DNA of 64,000 bases from positions 224,001-288,000 of the forward strand of contig CAXXDQ010000008.1 of assembly GCA_963664325.2 (NCBI GenBank), written 5' to 3'. Below, in pieces: positions 26,694 to 38,000 of the stretch. The number at the start of each line of letters is the position of its first letter. Within the stretch, counting starts at the first letter, position 1. The translations under genes and the position numbers were made by a program. Below the pieces are notes generated by a model. That model was not told where the DNA came from. It did not search any database and worked only from the letters and a program-made list of their open reading frames with translations. The DNA comes from Desulfomonilia bacterium. GTDB lineage: Bacteria; Desulfobacterota; Desulfomonilia; UBA1062.

Positions 26694-27797
26694 ATGGTTG
26701 AAAATGCTGCAGAAAACAAATCGCACAAGAATTCTTTAAAGTATGCTGTCTGCTTTCTCGTACTGGTCGCTCTGGCGTGCTTCATTTACTGGTTCTTTTT
26801 TATAAAGGGGACTGTTTTTTCAGACGATGCCAGAATAGACGGAATTCTGGTCGACCTGTCGCCTCAGATTCCAGGAGTTTTAAAAACGGTTTCTGTACAG
26901 GAGGGGGATAAGGTTCAAAAGGGGCAGATGCTGTTTTCCCTGGACAGGGACCTGCTTCAGGCCTCTGTTGACAGGGCCCGGGCGGATCTGGCCTCCTCAA
27001 CGGACGCCGCCGATGTTTCAAGCGCTCAATACATAAAGGCAAAACACGGTCCTCTGGTCGAAGAGATCAGGATCGCCGAGACGGCCGTGAAGAATGCCTC
27101 AGTCCAGCTCAGCCTTGAGGAATCGAACTGGAAAAGGGTAAACTCCCTCTATGATGAAAAGCTGGTTTCGACAGCCGATCACGACAGGGTCAGGACTGCC
27201 CTTGAAACCGCAAGGCACAGATATGAGGATGCGACACAGAGGCTGGACTTTTTGAAAAAAGGGACCCGCAGTGAAGACATCACCGCTGCAAAATCGACAG
27301 AGGAAGCCAAAAGGGCCGAAATGGAATCGGCAAAGGCTCGTCTGGAACAGGCTGAAATCAACCTGGGATACTCCGACGTAAGCTCCCCGTTTTCAGGACT
27401 GGTCGTAAGAAAATGGAAGGACCCTGGTGACACCATCTCTGCCGGTACGCCGGTCCTTTCAATACTTGACCCGTCTTCTCTTTACATCAAGGCCAATATC
27501 GAAGAGAAGAACCTTTATAAAATCCGCATTGGAGACAAGGTCGACATAAAAATAGACGCCTTTCCCGGCGTGAGTCTGAAGGGGAAGGTGGAGAAGATAC
27601 TGCTGGCTACAAACTCCAAGTTCTCCCTTGTGCCGTCCGAAGGTGTATCCGGGACGTTCATAAAGGTCGCTCAAAGGTTACCGCTCAAGATAGCGTTTGA
27701 TTCGGTACCCGATCTGCCGCTCGGCCCCGGGCTCTCGGTCGAGGTCCGCATCCACTGCGGCAGTATTCCGGCATCGAATACCGAGCCTAAAAAGTAA
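26694..27797 (+). CDS. EmrA/HlyD family membrane fusion protein
   Basis: TM anchor; SDDARIDG, V.EGD.V.KGQ.L, coiled coil, SPFSG, FIKVAQRLP. Confidence 0.92.
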   Translation: MVENAAENKSHKNSLKYAVCFLVLVALACFIYWFFFIKGTVFSDDARIDGILVDLSPQIPGVLKTVSVQEGDKVQKGQMLFSLDRDLLQASVDRARADLASSTDAADVSSAQYIKAKHGPLVEEIRIAETAVKNASVQLSLEESNWKRVNSLYDEKLVSTADHDRVRTALETARHRYEDATQRLDFLKKGTRSEDITAAKSTEEAKRAEMESAKARLEQAEINLGYSDVSSPFSGLVVRKWKDPGDTISAGTPVLSILDPSSLYIKANIEEKNLYKIRIGDKVDIKIDAFPGVSLKGKVEKILLATNSKFSLVPSEGVSGTFIKVAQRLPLKIAFDSVPDLPLGPGLSVEVRIHCGSIPASNTEPKK

Positions 27798-29332
27798 TGA
27801 ATGGTTTAGTATCCGGGAAGTCCTACCGGTGGGTTGTCCTCGGTATAGTAATAATGGGGACATTCATGGCCATCCTGGATTCCAGCATTGTTAATGTCGC
27901 GCTTCCGCACATGATGAGCGCTTTCGGCGTCAATCGTGAACAGGTCCAGTGGGTATCCACATCTTACATGATTTCGCTTGCCGTCAGCATGACAACGGTA
28001 GGATGGACGGTCAGGCGGATCGGAAACAAGGTTTTCTACCTTGGCGCTCTTACCATATTCGTGTTCGGCTCAGCGGCCTGCGCTTTTGCGTGGAACTTTA
28101 ATTCCATGATCGTCTCCCGGGTAATACAGGCGGTCGGCGGCGGGGCGATTCAGCCGGTTGGAATGGCGATAATAGCAGAACTCTTCGAACCTCACGAGCG
28201 GGGCAAAGCGCTGGGCATATGGGGAACCGGCGTAATGCTGGGGCCTGCAATCGGTCCGACCCTGGGCGGGTATCTTTGCGACTGGTTCAACTGGCGTACG
28301 ATTTTCTCGATCAACCTGCCTTTCGGAATCATAACCGTAATGGCCGGGCTGATCATCTTTATAAATGACCATAAAAACAGAAAGGATGAAACACCTTTCG
28401 ATTTCAAGGGATTCCTTTTTCTGGCAATCGGGCTTATCGGCGCCCTGATCGCACTGGCAAACGGCGAAGAAAAGGGATGGACCTCGGATTATATTCTGAC
28501 CTGTTCTGCATTCGCCTTTGCCGGGATGACCCTTTTTATAGCAGCCGAGATGAACGCCTCCCATCCGATATTTGATCTGGGTCTTTTAAGGTACCGCAAT
28601 TATTCCCTGGCGCTGCTCCTTGGTATAACGCGTGCAGTGGGACTGTTCGGAGGGGTATTCCTTTTGCCCATATTTCTTGAGAATATAGCCGGGTACACTA
28701 CTATTCAAACAGGCCTTCTGATGATGCCCGGCGCCGTTGCCCTGGGCCTTGTAATGCCTTTCTTCGGGCATCTTTCCGACAGGTACGGACCGAGATGGCT
28801 TGTCACGATAGGCGTAATCGTAACGGGTGGCTCGCTCCTCTTCTACGGCAGGCTTGATCCCTCGATGACAAGATTCATGATAATTATGCCGCAGATCGTA
28901 AGGGCTCTGGGGCTCGGTCTCATGATGGCACCGCTCATGACTACGGCAATCAATTCGGTCCCCAAAAACCAGATAGCCACCGCATCGAGCTTTTTAAACA
29001 TCGCCCAGTCCGTGGGAGGGGCCTTCGGTATAGCCATACTCAATACATTCGTGACCAGGCTCATTCACTTTCACGCGGTACGCATCGGAGAGGCCGCCGG
29101 CACAATGCCGGAGATATATGCAAGGCTTTCCCAGAAAGCAGCTTCAGCCATCAGTCAGCAAGCCTCAGGTGTTGCTTCAAGCGGCAGCGCGCTTTCGAAT
29201 ATCAGCGGCCTTATATCGCTGAAAGCCAATGTTCTGGGCTTTGAAAACGGTTTTGTAATCGCCGGAATCATAGTGCTTGCCAGCATACCGCTCTCACTTG
29301 TGCTCAAAAACCAGAAGCCGAAAAAGAACTGA
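27797..29332 (+). CDS. DHA2 (EmrB/QacA) family MFS efflux permease
   Basis: FMAILDSSIVNVALP, RVIQAVGGG, GPAIGPTLGG, WRTIFSINLP; TAATG coupling to emrA. Confidence 0.95.
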   Translation: MNGLVSGKSYRWVVLGIVIMGTFMAILDSSIVNVALPHMMSAFGVNREQVQWVSTSYMISLAVSMTTVGWTVRRIGNKVFYLGALTIFVFGSAACAFAWNFNSMIVSRVIQAVGGGAIQPVGMAIIAELFEPHERGKALGIWGTGVMLGPAIGPTLGGYLCDWFNWRTIFSINLPFGIITVMAGLIIFINDHKNRKDETPFDFKGFLFLAIGLIGALIALANGEEKGWTSDYILTCSAFAFAGMTLFIAAEMNASHPIFDLGLLRYRNYSLALLLGITRAVGLFGGVFLLPIFLENIAGYTTIQTGLLMMPGAVALGLVMPFFGHLSDRYGPRWLVTIGVIVTGGSLLFYGRLDPSMTRFMIIMPQIVRALGLGLMMAPLMTTAINSVPKNQIATASSFLNIAQSVGGAFGIAILNTFVTRLIHFHAVRIGEAAGTMPEIYARLSQKAASAISQQASGVASSGSALSNISGLISLKANVLGFENGFVIAGIIVLASIPLSLVLKNQKPKKN

Positions 29333-29371
29333 TCTCGTCTGTTAAAGCAGATCGGCTTCTATCAGCAAATA

Positions 29372-30613
29372 CTAAGTCCTGCTTGTTTTTAAAGCGGATT
29401 TCTTGAGCGCCATATATCCCAGGGCGGCGGACAGTATGCACATAATCAGATAAAGCCCGAACGCGATGTTGTAATTCCCGGTCTTGTCAAATATGTAACC
29501 GGAAAGCGGCATGCCGAGGCCTGAGCCGAGCGTCTGGAAAATCGCCATAACACCGTAGATCGTCGAGAAATGCTTGAGTCCTGCGCATGAAGCCGTCATA
29601 AGAGGCGGCATCACGGTCTGGACGGCATTGCCGATGCCGTAGATAATGCCCCATATGATGGCGACCCAGACAAGTTTTGAACCGAACAGCAGCGCGATAC
29701 CGACGCCGAGTATTCCGCAGAAAATTACAAGACCTGCAGACAGGCCGCTCTTGTCGCTGATTTTACCGAGGCTGAGCTTTCCTACAACCGTCATGCCGAG
29801 ATACAGCGCCATTATGTTGGCCGCAAAAGTAGATGAATGGCCGACATCCGTAAGATAGGGTATCAGGTGCTGCTGGATGCCGACATTAAGGGTGTTGAGG
29901 AAAAAGATCATCAGCGCAAGAAGTATGAAAGAGAAGGTTTTTACGAACTGGCCAAGGGTAAGACCTTCGGCGGCTTCGGCTATATCCTGAGCCGTTTCAG
30001 GCGTACCGTCAGGGGTCTGGCCCATCTCTTCCGGAGTTTTCCGCATAATGAGCGTTGCTGTTGGGACTGAAATAAGGAATATCACCACTCCGAGAATTAT
30101 GGCCGTGTTTCTCCATCCGTAATTTATAATCAGCCAGTTGCCGATCGGATTTGAGATCATGCCGCCAATGCCGGTTGCGGAAAAGACAATTCCCATTGCA
30201 ATTCCTCGTTTTACCCTGAACCAGTTGTTTATCATGGTCGATACGGGAATTATATGGCTGCCGGCATGGCCTATGCCTATGAAAACCGCAAGGATGTAGA
30301 AGTTTGAAAGGGTATTGCACTTGGACAACAGCGAGAATGTTATTCCGAGCAGGGCCGTGCAGAAACCCATCACCACCCTGACATCGAAGCGCTCCATCAG
30401 CTTGCCTACGATTGGTGCGGCAAAGGTCATGGAAAGGGCGGCTATTGTAAAGTACAAAGAAAAATCGCCTCTCTTGAACCCGAGTTCTTCAACGACTGGC
30501 TTGAAAAAGATACCAAGTGCGTTGAAGGCAATGCCGATGCCTATGAAATTTAATATGAATCCGCCTGTTACTATCCACCAGCCGTAAAACTTTTTATCCT
30601 GAGAATCCTGCAT
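29372..30613 (-). CDS. MFS transporter (OFA/monocarboxylate-like)
   Basis: FYGWWIV, GKLMERF, NWF...RG.AMG, GKISDK; ATG 30613 follows AGGAGG. Confidence 0.9.
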   Translation of the reverse strand: MQDSQDKKFYGWWIVTGGFILNFIGIGIAFNALGIFFKPVVEELGFKRGDFSLYFTIAALSMTFAAPIVGKLMERFDVRVVMGFCTALLGITFSLLSKCNTLSNFYILAVFIGIGHAGSHIIPVSTMINNWFRVKRGIAMGIVFSATGIGGMISNPIGNWLIINYGWRNTAIILGVVIFLISVPTATLIMRKTPEEMGQTPDGTPETAQDIAEAAEGLTLGQFVKTFSFILLALMIFFLNTLNVGIQQHLIPYLTDVGHSSTFAANIMALYLGMTVVGKLSLGKISDKSGLSAGLVIFCGILGVGIALLFGSKLVWVAIIWGIIYGIGNAVQTVMPPLMTASCAGLKHFSTIYGVMAIFQTLGSGLGMPLSGYIFDKTGNYNIAFGLYLIMCILSAALGYMALKKSALKTSRT

Positions 30614-30784
30614 GAAGCCTCCTTTGCCCAAAACAGTAGTTAGTGGTTGAATATAATTTATCTATATGTTTCCGTCGACAGGCCGATCCGGCTTTTCACC
30701 GGTTATTCAAACTGCTTCAGCATTTAAGAATGTAATAACAGAAACCGATTGTACAATAAAATATTTTTAAGGGAGAGATCATAT

Positions 30785-31918
30785 ATGAAAAAGTTATCGT
30801 TCGTTGTATCGGCTGTCTTCATGTTAATATTAATAATTGGATTTGCGCCGATTGCAAATGCATGCAGCGATATTTTTATCAACCACCCGAACGCCCATAT
30901 AGAGGCAAGATCCATGGACTTCGGCATGAACATCGCTATGGGCGACACATTCGGATTTATAGGGCAGAAGAATACGACGGATGTTATCATAGATGCAGAC
31001 AGGATTCCCGCAGGAAGTCTTACCAGCTGGACAAACAAATACGGATACTGGGGCAGGAATGCATTCAACACCCCCAAGATCGATGACGCCATGAACACTG
31101 AAGGGCTTTCTTTGTCGGGTCTCTATCTTGACCAGTATACGCAGTATGCGGCATACGACCCCAATGACAGGCGGCCTGTCATCGGAGTGTTCGATCTGCC
31201 CAACTTCATAATCAGCCAGGCGAAGAACGTGGACGAGGCTGTGGCCCTGACCAGAAGCAGGCAGATCGTCCAATCGGCTGTTGAGATCAAACCGGGGATA
31301 TTCCTGAGAAGCACGCCGCTTCACCTTGTTTTGAGGGATAAATCAGGAAAATCCGCAGTAGTGGAATTTGTAGGCGGCAAGACACTTATCTATGAAAATG
31401 CCGGGAACGTGATGACCAACAGCCCGACATATCCTCAGCAGCTTGAAATGGTCAGGAAATATGAAGACCTGAATGTTGACAAGGACAATTCTCTCACAGG
31501 GATGCCGGGCGGATTCGATTCGCCGGAGCGTTTTGCCCGCGGGTATATACTGACCAGGAATCTGCCCGTACCGGCATCCACACAGGAAGCTCTCTATCAG
31601 GCGGACTTTGTGATATCCTCGTGCTCGGTTCCCTATTTCGGCAGGCCCGGTTCGGGGTACAGAAGCAATACGATCTGGAAGGTCTTGAAGGACCTGGACA
31701 ACGGTGTCGTATATACCGACAATGCCGTATATTACCAGGGCGGAAGCAAGATAGCGCCGACCCATGTAGCCAACGGAGGATATTTTATCATCGATCTCAA
31801 AACCATTGATTTCACGAAGATACCTGTCGAATTTGCAGGATGGACCATTCAGCCCACGCCTAAGAAAAATATTGTAAAGATAATTAGGGCAAACGAGATC
31901 CCGGAGTTCGGCGAATAA
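30785..31918 (+). CDS. secreted linear amide C-N hydrolase (penicillin V acylase/choloylglycine hydrolase family)
   Basis: Signal peptide ending ANA followed by the catalytic Cys; ARSMDF, DAMNTEGL, MTNSP, PG...SPERF. Confidence 0.9.
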   Translation: MKKLSFVVSAVFMLILIIGFAPIANACSDIFINHPNAHIEARSMDFGMNIAMGDTFGFIGQKNTTDVIIDADRIPAGSLTSWTNKYGYWGRNAFNTPKIDDAMNTEGLSLSGLYLDQYTQYAAYDPNDRRPVIGVFDLPNFIISQAKNVDEAVALTRSRQIVQSAVEIKPGIFLRSTPLHLVLRDKSGKSAVVEFVGGKTLIYENAGNVMTNSPTYPQQLEMVRKYEDLNVDKDNSLTGMPGGFDSPERFARGYILTRNLPVPASTQEALYQADFVISSCSVPYFGRPGSGYRSNTIWKVLKDLDNGVVYTDNAVYYQGGSKIAPTHVANGGYFIIDLKTIDFTKIPVEFAGWTIQPTPKKNIVKIIRANEIPEFGE

Positions 31919-31948
31919 CAGTAATAAGAAAATGTCCGGTGGCAAGAT

Positions 31949-33010
31949 ATGATGAAAATGACGGATCTCGGTTTTGACAATTGGTTTGAAGCTCATGCTG
32001 GAGATATCCTCCGCGAAGGCCAATGCATTGCACGCGTGTCGGCGGTTGACAGAAATTCTTACATGATCAGGAATGAACTCGGGGATATCCCTGCCGAACT
32101 TGCAGGGAAGTTCTATTTTACTATCGAGTCGTCTGCCGAGATGCCATGTGTTGGCGACTGGGTTGCCGTGCAGTATTACAATGACGACACCTCGGCTATC
32201 ATACATGCGGTTTTTCCGCGGAGGACCGTTTTACGCCGGAAGCGCGCCGGAACGGAAGTAGACCACCAGATGATCGCAGCCAACATCGACATTGCTTTCA
32301 TTGTCCAGTCGTGCCACTTTGACTTCAATCTGCCCAGATTGAACCGCTATCTCGTGATGGCGGCTGACGGGCATGTCGAGCCGGTCATCATTCTTGCCAA
32401 AACGGATTTGATCTCCCAGGATGAGCTTGAGGAAAAGCTTGCGGCTGTCAGAAAGGCCGGCATTACGGCCAGTGTTATTACCCTCAGCAATATAACCGGC
32501 TCGGGTTTTGACGAATTCAACCTGGTGTTGATGCCCGGCAGAACATATTGTCTGCTGGGGTCGTCGGGTGTGGGAAAGACCACACTGATAAATCGTCTGA
32601 CCGGGCGGGATGATCTTGCTACCAAAGCCGTCAGCGGAACAGGGGAGGGCACGCACTCAACAACGCGCCGGCAGCTCATTGTCCTTGATAAAGGCATCAT
32701 GTTCATTGATACGCCGGGAATGAGGGAACTGGGCCTTCTGGGCGCAGGTGAAGGGGTGGACAAAGGTTTTGAAGATATTATTGAACTGTCAGCAGCCTGC
32801 CGTTATGCCGACTGCCGCCATACGGAAGAGGCCGGCTGCGCTGTTCTTGAAGCAATTTCAAAAAAAGAACTGAGCGAAGAGCGCTATTCAAGTTATATGA
32901 AACTCAAGAAAGAATCGGAATTTCATGAAATGTCGTATCTTGAGAAACGTAACAAGGACAAGGCATTCGGCCGCTTCATCAAGACGGCAAAGAAGACCAT
33001 GAAAAGATGA
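31949..33010 (+). CDS. rsgA: ribosome small subunit-dependent GTPase A family protein
   Basis: VGDWV, AANID, KTDL, GSSGVGKT, HSTT, DTPGMRE, CxxxxCxHxxxxxC zinc motif. Confidence 0.92.
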   Translation: MMKMTDLGFDNWFEAHAGDILREGQCIARVSAVDRNSYMIRNELGDIPAELAGKFYFTIESSAEMPCVGDWVAVQYYNDDTSAIIHAVFPRRTVLRRKRAGTEVDHQMIAANIDIAFIVQSCHFDFNLPRLNRYLVMAADGHVEPVIILAKTDLISQDELEEKLAAVRKAGITASVITLSNITGSGFDEFNLVLMPGRTYCLLGSSGVGKTTLINRLTGRDDLATKAVSGTGEGTHSTTRRQLIVLDKGIMFIDTPGMRELGLLGAGEGVDKGFEDIIELSAACRYADCRHTEEAGCAVLEAISKKELSEERYSSYMKLKKESEFHEMSYLEKRNKDKAFGRFIKTAKKTMKR

Positions 33011-33070
33011 ATTGAAAACCAGGGATTAAGCTAGCGATAAATGATAAAAGAGTTCTTGAAGGGTTGCCTG

Positions 33071-34297
33071 CTATAAGAACGCGAAGCCTTCACCCCTGTA
33101 GGTCTTGACCTTGTCGACGACTTTACCTGACTTGATAAGATAAAGCTCATTGAACCTCTCGCAGAGTTCACCTGCCTTTGCATGCTGGAAGACAACTATA
33201 TCACCGATTTCTATGTCAGGGCCGTTTTCAGGCAGGACTAAAGGGGTTTGCACCTCGCCGGCTGCCTCCATGGGAAGCAGCTTCAAACCGGGAGGGAAGA
33301 CCGGCACCGGCAATTTATCAATACCTGCAGGGCCGGATGCGGAATAGCCGCCGCCGTGGCAGGTGATTATTCCGGGCGCAGGTTTTCTGACAACCTGCAG
33401 CGCGAAAAAGGCGGCGGGTCTGAACTCGACTTCCTTGAAATGATGGAAAAGCGCAGGGCAGTAAAAAGCGGAACCCGCAGTCACCTCGGTAAGATCCGGA
33501 TCTGCTCCGGACGACACAAGGCTGCCGCTGCCGCCGCCGTTGACTGTGCGAAGTTTTATGCCTTCCCTCCTGAGCAGGTCTACAACCGAATCCCGCCTTT
33601 TTGTGAGTTCCCTGACGGACAGTTTTTTAATGATCCTGATGATCGAGTTTTTCAAACTCTGTCCCGGCATGTCGTCTTCAAGGCTTGCTATATGGGCCTC
33701 GTATCCCATGAGGCTGTCGACCTCGACACCGGTTAAGGTTTTTGAATACCTGGCCAGTTCAAGCACGTCTTCAGGGGTTCTGAGCGGACTTCTCCTTACT
33801 CCTAGATGGATTGAACTGCCTGCCGGCCGGTAAGACATATCAAGATCGATGCAGGCCTTAAGCCTTACTCCCGCCTTTGTCCCTGCCACGGACATCGCTT
33901 TCATCTGATCGAGGCAGTCGACCATAAGGCTTACTGTCTTTCCTGAACTGATCATCCCTGCAAGGATCATCATATCTGAAGGCTGAACGCTCGGGTAAGC
34001 GACAATGAAATCATCAAAGCCTTTTTCTGCAAGAAACGCAGCTTCTTCGACCGTAAAGGAAAGAATGCCTTTATATGCGTTTCCGCCGATATCGAAAATC
34101 CTTTTTAACAGATTTACACACCTGACGGACTTTGACCCTGTTCTTATGGTCTTGTTAGTATTCTTCTGAGTCGCAGCAACGTAGGCTATATTCGAATCAA
34201 ACTTGTCCAGATCGACAAATGCGAGAGGGAGACGGTAAGCGTTAAAAACGCCTTTGTATAAATTGTATGAATCCATATGAGACAAGGTGGTCTTCAT
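33071..34297 (-). CDS. fold-type III PLP enzyme (alanine racemase-like amino acid deaminase/aldolase, DSD1 family)
   Basis: SKSVRC, GVRRSP, MGYEAHIA, NGGGSGS, EVTAGS, GEVQTP, HAKAGELCERF, TYRGEG. Confidence 0.88.
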   Translation of the reverse strand: MKTTLSHMDSYNLYKGVFNAYRLPLAFVDLDKFDSNIAYVAATQKNTNKTIRTGSKSVRCVNLLKRIFDIGGNAYKGILSFTVEEAAFLAEKGFDDFIVAYPSVQPSDMMILAGMISSGKTVSLMVDCLDQMKAMSVAGTKAGVRLKACIDLDMSYRPAGSSIHLGVRRSPLRTPEDVLELARYSKTLTGVEVDSLMGYEAHIASLEDDMPGQSLKNSIIRIIKKLSVRELTKRRDSVVDLLRREGIKLRTVNGGGSGSLVSSGADPDLTEVTAGSAFYCPALFHHFKEVEFRPAAFFALQVVRKPAPGIITCHGGGYSASGPAGIDKLPVPVFPPGLKLLPMEAAGEVQTPLVLPENGPDIEIGDIVVFQHAKAGELCERFNELYLIKSGKVVDKVKTYRGEGFAFL

Positions 34298-34621
34298 GAT
34301 TAATAATCAGTCATCATTTGTAAAGGGATGACTTTCATTGTCAAACCCGTCCTGAAGTTCTTCCGGAGTTACTCTTATATTACAGGCCAGCCTGTTCCTG
34401 CTTGGGCCTGTTGACAGAAGAAATTTGCAAAGAAGTATTTCACCTGGATGTATGCATGGAAAGTCTCTCTTTCCCATTTTCCCAACCTCTTTAATGATAA
34501 TATGTTATTCCGATTTCTATTTGAAAAAATACCATTAAAAAATCGTGTCAGTTGTTTAAGATTTAATGCCTTTAAATATATACAGAAATTAGTATCTTAA
34601 AAGATATATTGATGTCAAATT

Positions 34622-34648
34622 TAATGTAATAGCCGCAGATTCCGATAT
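34622..34648 (+). promoter_or_regulatory. sigma28 (FliA)-like promoter upstream of the kinase/cyclase operon
   Basis: TAAT-N15-TCCGATAT versus the consensus TAAA-N15-GCCGATAA. Confidence 0.45.
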
Positions 34649-34657
34649 GATGTTATC

Positions 34658-35032
34658 ATGGGAATAAAACATATAAGAAATAATGATATAAATATAAATC
34701 TCCCACATATTTCAGAACCGGGGAGTTCACGCCATCCAACGGGTGAAACATTATTTGAGGAAAAGAATACACTTCTTTCGATATGCTTCAAGAGAAGCAT
34801 TTTTGATGAGATTGGAAACGGCATCTCCTTTGTATTGATCGCAAATACAGAAAAAGAACATGCCAATAATTCATACTGCGGCATTTCTCAGGAATATTTT
34901 TATCGGAAAATATTGGAAAAACACCGCATGGGAAACCGGCCCATCCACCGATGCACTGAAACAGCTATGAAGTACGGGAATGCCTTGGCGAACAAGGGAA
35001 TGGCAGACCATTCAATGGAGGTTATGATTTGA
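34658..35032 (+). CDS. hypothetical protein (doubtful)
   Basis: 124-aa AT-rich ORF whose stop overlaps the kinase start; no recognisable motif and no RBS. Confidence 0.25.
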   Translation: MGIKHIRNNDININLPHISEPGSSRHPTGETLFEEKNTLLSICFKRSIFDEIGNGISFVLIANTEKEHANNSYCGISQEYFYRKILEKHRMGNRPIHRCTETAMKYGNALANKGMADHSMEVMI

Positions 35033-38000
35033 TGAATGATAAACAAACAAAAGGTCGCAGCAGAAAAAGCGGCCTGAGTATTACCGACATGATCGTAATG
35101 GTTCTGATTGTCGGAATACTTTTGTCATGGTGGACTTTTCAGCGCACCGACCGCGAAATGCGCCACGAACTCCTGCTGCAGGCGCGCCTGGTGGCAAAAT
35201 CGCTTGACCTAAAACAGATCATGGCGCTTTCCGGCACAAGAGCCGATTTGGGCCTGCCGGAATATCAGCAGCTCAAGCAGCAGTTCATATCCATAAGCAA
35301 GGCCAATCCGAAGTGCAAGTGGTTTTACCTGTTGAGCCGCAAGCCTGACGGTACAATATTCTTCTATCTGGACAGCGAACCTCTGGATATCCAGGACCCG
35401 ACCCTTCCCGGTGATGTCTATGACGAGGCTCCCGACGGGTACCATACCGTAATGACCGTCAAGGAAACAGTAATCGGCCCCCTGACAGACCGATGGGGGA
35501 CATGGGTCACAACGCTGATTCCGCTGACCAACCCGAAAACCGGTGCCGTGTTTGCAGTGCTGGGAATGGACATTGACGCCAGCAACTGGACAAGGGACGT
35601 GATCATCAATGCGGCCCTGCCTGTGAGTCTGATGATCGGACTGCTTATTATGATAGTTTTAGGGGTGATACTGGCCCGCTCGCGGGCGCAACTCCATAAG
35701 AGCGAGTCCGTGCAGCGCCTACTGCTTGAAAATATTGATGCAGGCATCGTGATCATTGATGTCGGCACGCATATTATCGAACAGGTTAACAAGAAAGGCT
35801 TGGAACTCTTTGCCGGTACTGAAGACCAGCTCGTAGGGAAAGTCTGCCATTGCTTTCTTTGTACGGCCGAAAAAGGAAACTGTCCTGTTACCGACCTCGG
35901 CCAGAATATCGACAACTCCGACCGTATTCTGCTGAGGGCCGACGGAAGCCATCTGCCCATAATAAAATCAGTCAGACATATCAGGATTTACGGCAAGGAA
36001 AAACTCATTGAAACATTTACGGACATCACCGATCGCAAACGGGCAGAGGATGCCCTGCAAAAGAGTGAACAAAGATACCGTCTTCTCGTGGAAAACGCCA
36101 ACGAATCCATTCTCGTGATACAGGACGGAAAGGCCCAGTTCGTGAACAAAAGGGCGGTGGAATCCCTTGGCTATTCAGAGCAGGAATTTATGTCTGCCAG
36201 TATTTTCGAACTCATTCACCCGGATGACCGGGAAGAGGTGGTGAATGGATATCTTGAAAAGATCGGGGGGGATACTACTACCACCCGGAAAATATACCGG
36301 GTCCTGCGCAAGAACGGCCAGGTCCGATGGGTGGAAATCAGCTCGCTCCTGATCGACTGGGAGGGACAACCGGCGACCCTGAACTTTATCAAGGATATCA
36401 CCGAACGCAAGCTGGCCGAGGAAGAGCTTGTCCGTTCAGAAGAAAAATACCGGAATATACTGGACAGTATGCAGGATGCATATTTCGAAATGGACCTGGC
36501 CGGCAATTTCACCTTCTTTAATGAAGCCACCTGCCTCAGTCTCGGTTATACCAGGGAGGAATTGCTCGGGCATAACTTCCGCATGATTGCCGCCAGCGAA
36601 GACGAGATAAAAGCAGTCTATGCAACCTACAAAAAAGTATTCGAGACAGGACAGCCGAACAAGGGTTTTACCTTTAAGGTCATGCGCAAGGACGGCAGCG
36701 AAGGATATACCGAGGCCTCGGTTTCCCTTTTATTGAATGAGCACGGCAAGCCGATAGGATTCCGCAGCCTGGCCCGGGACATCACCGAGAACAAGCTGGC
36801 GGAGGAAAGGCTTGCTCGCTCGGAGGAAAGGTACCGGGGCATACTGGACAGCATGCAGGATTCATATTTTGAGGTGGACCTGACAGGAAGGTATACTTTC
36901 CTTAATGAATCTACCTGCCGCAACCTAGGCTATACCGCGGAAGAATTGATCGGGCAGGACATGCGTATTGTCATTGCGACAGAAGAGGAGAAAAAGGCCG
37001 GCTTTGAGGTCTACAAAAATGTGTTCGAAACCGGAGAGCCTAACAAGGGTTATGCCTTCAGGGTCTTCAGCAAGGACGGCAGGAGCGGATATGCAGAGAC
37101 CTCGATTTCTCTTTTAAAGGATGAGCACGGCAATCCTATAGGGTTCCGCAATGTTGCCAGGGACGTCACCGAGAAGAAGAAGGCCGAGGAGGAACTGACC
37201 AAGCTGGCGGCGATTGTCCGGTACTCTTCTGAACTGATAAATCTTGCTACACTGGATGGCAGGATGATCTTCCTCAATCTAGCCGGCGCGGAAATTCTCG
37301 GGATTGATCAAGAAAACCTTGAGCAGACAAATATCATGCAGGTGATACCTGACAAGTTTAAGGAAAAGGTCCAGACCGAGATAATACCTGCGCTGCTGAA
37401 GGGAGATACCTGGGAAGGTAATCTTCAATACCTTAATATCAAGACCGGACATCTGACCGATGTCCATACGAGCGCATTCGCAATCAAGGATCAAACTACG
37501 GGAAAACCCTTGTATCTGGCCAATGTCTCGCTCGACATCACCGAGCGCAAGCAGGCTGAGGACAAGCTTAAAGACAGCGAAGAAAGGTTCAGGATAATCA
37601 GCAACAGCGCCCTGGACAGCATAATCATGATGGACTCCTCGGGCAATGCGACTTTCTTCAACCCTTCAGCCGAGAAGATGTTCGGATATTCGGCGGATGA
37701 AATAATAGGAAAACCCCTGCATGACTTTATCGCCCCTGAGAGATTCAGGAAGGTATTTGAAGAAAAGTTCCCGGAATTTCTCAGAACAGGCCATGGTGAT
37801 GTTATCGGTAAGGTGGTCGAGCTCACCGGCTTGAAAAAAGACGGGACGGAGTTCCCGATAGAGATTTCTCTTACAGGGTTCAAAAAAGACGATCAATGGG
37901 TGGCAGTGGCTACTCTCAGGGATATTTCCAAGCGCAAGAAAGCAGAGGAGGCATTAAAGAAAAGCGAAGAGAGCTACCGCACACTCATAGAGAATATCAA

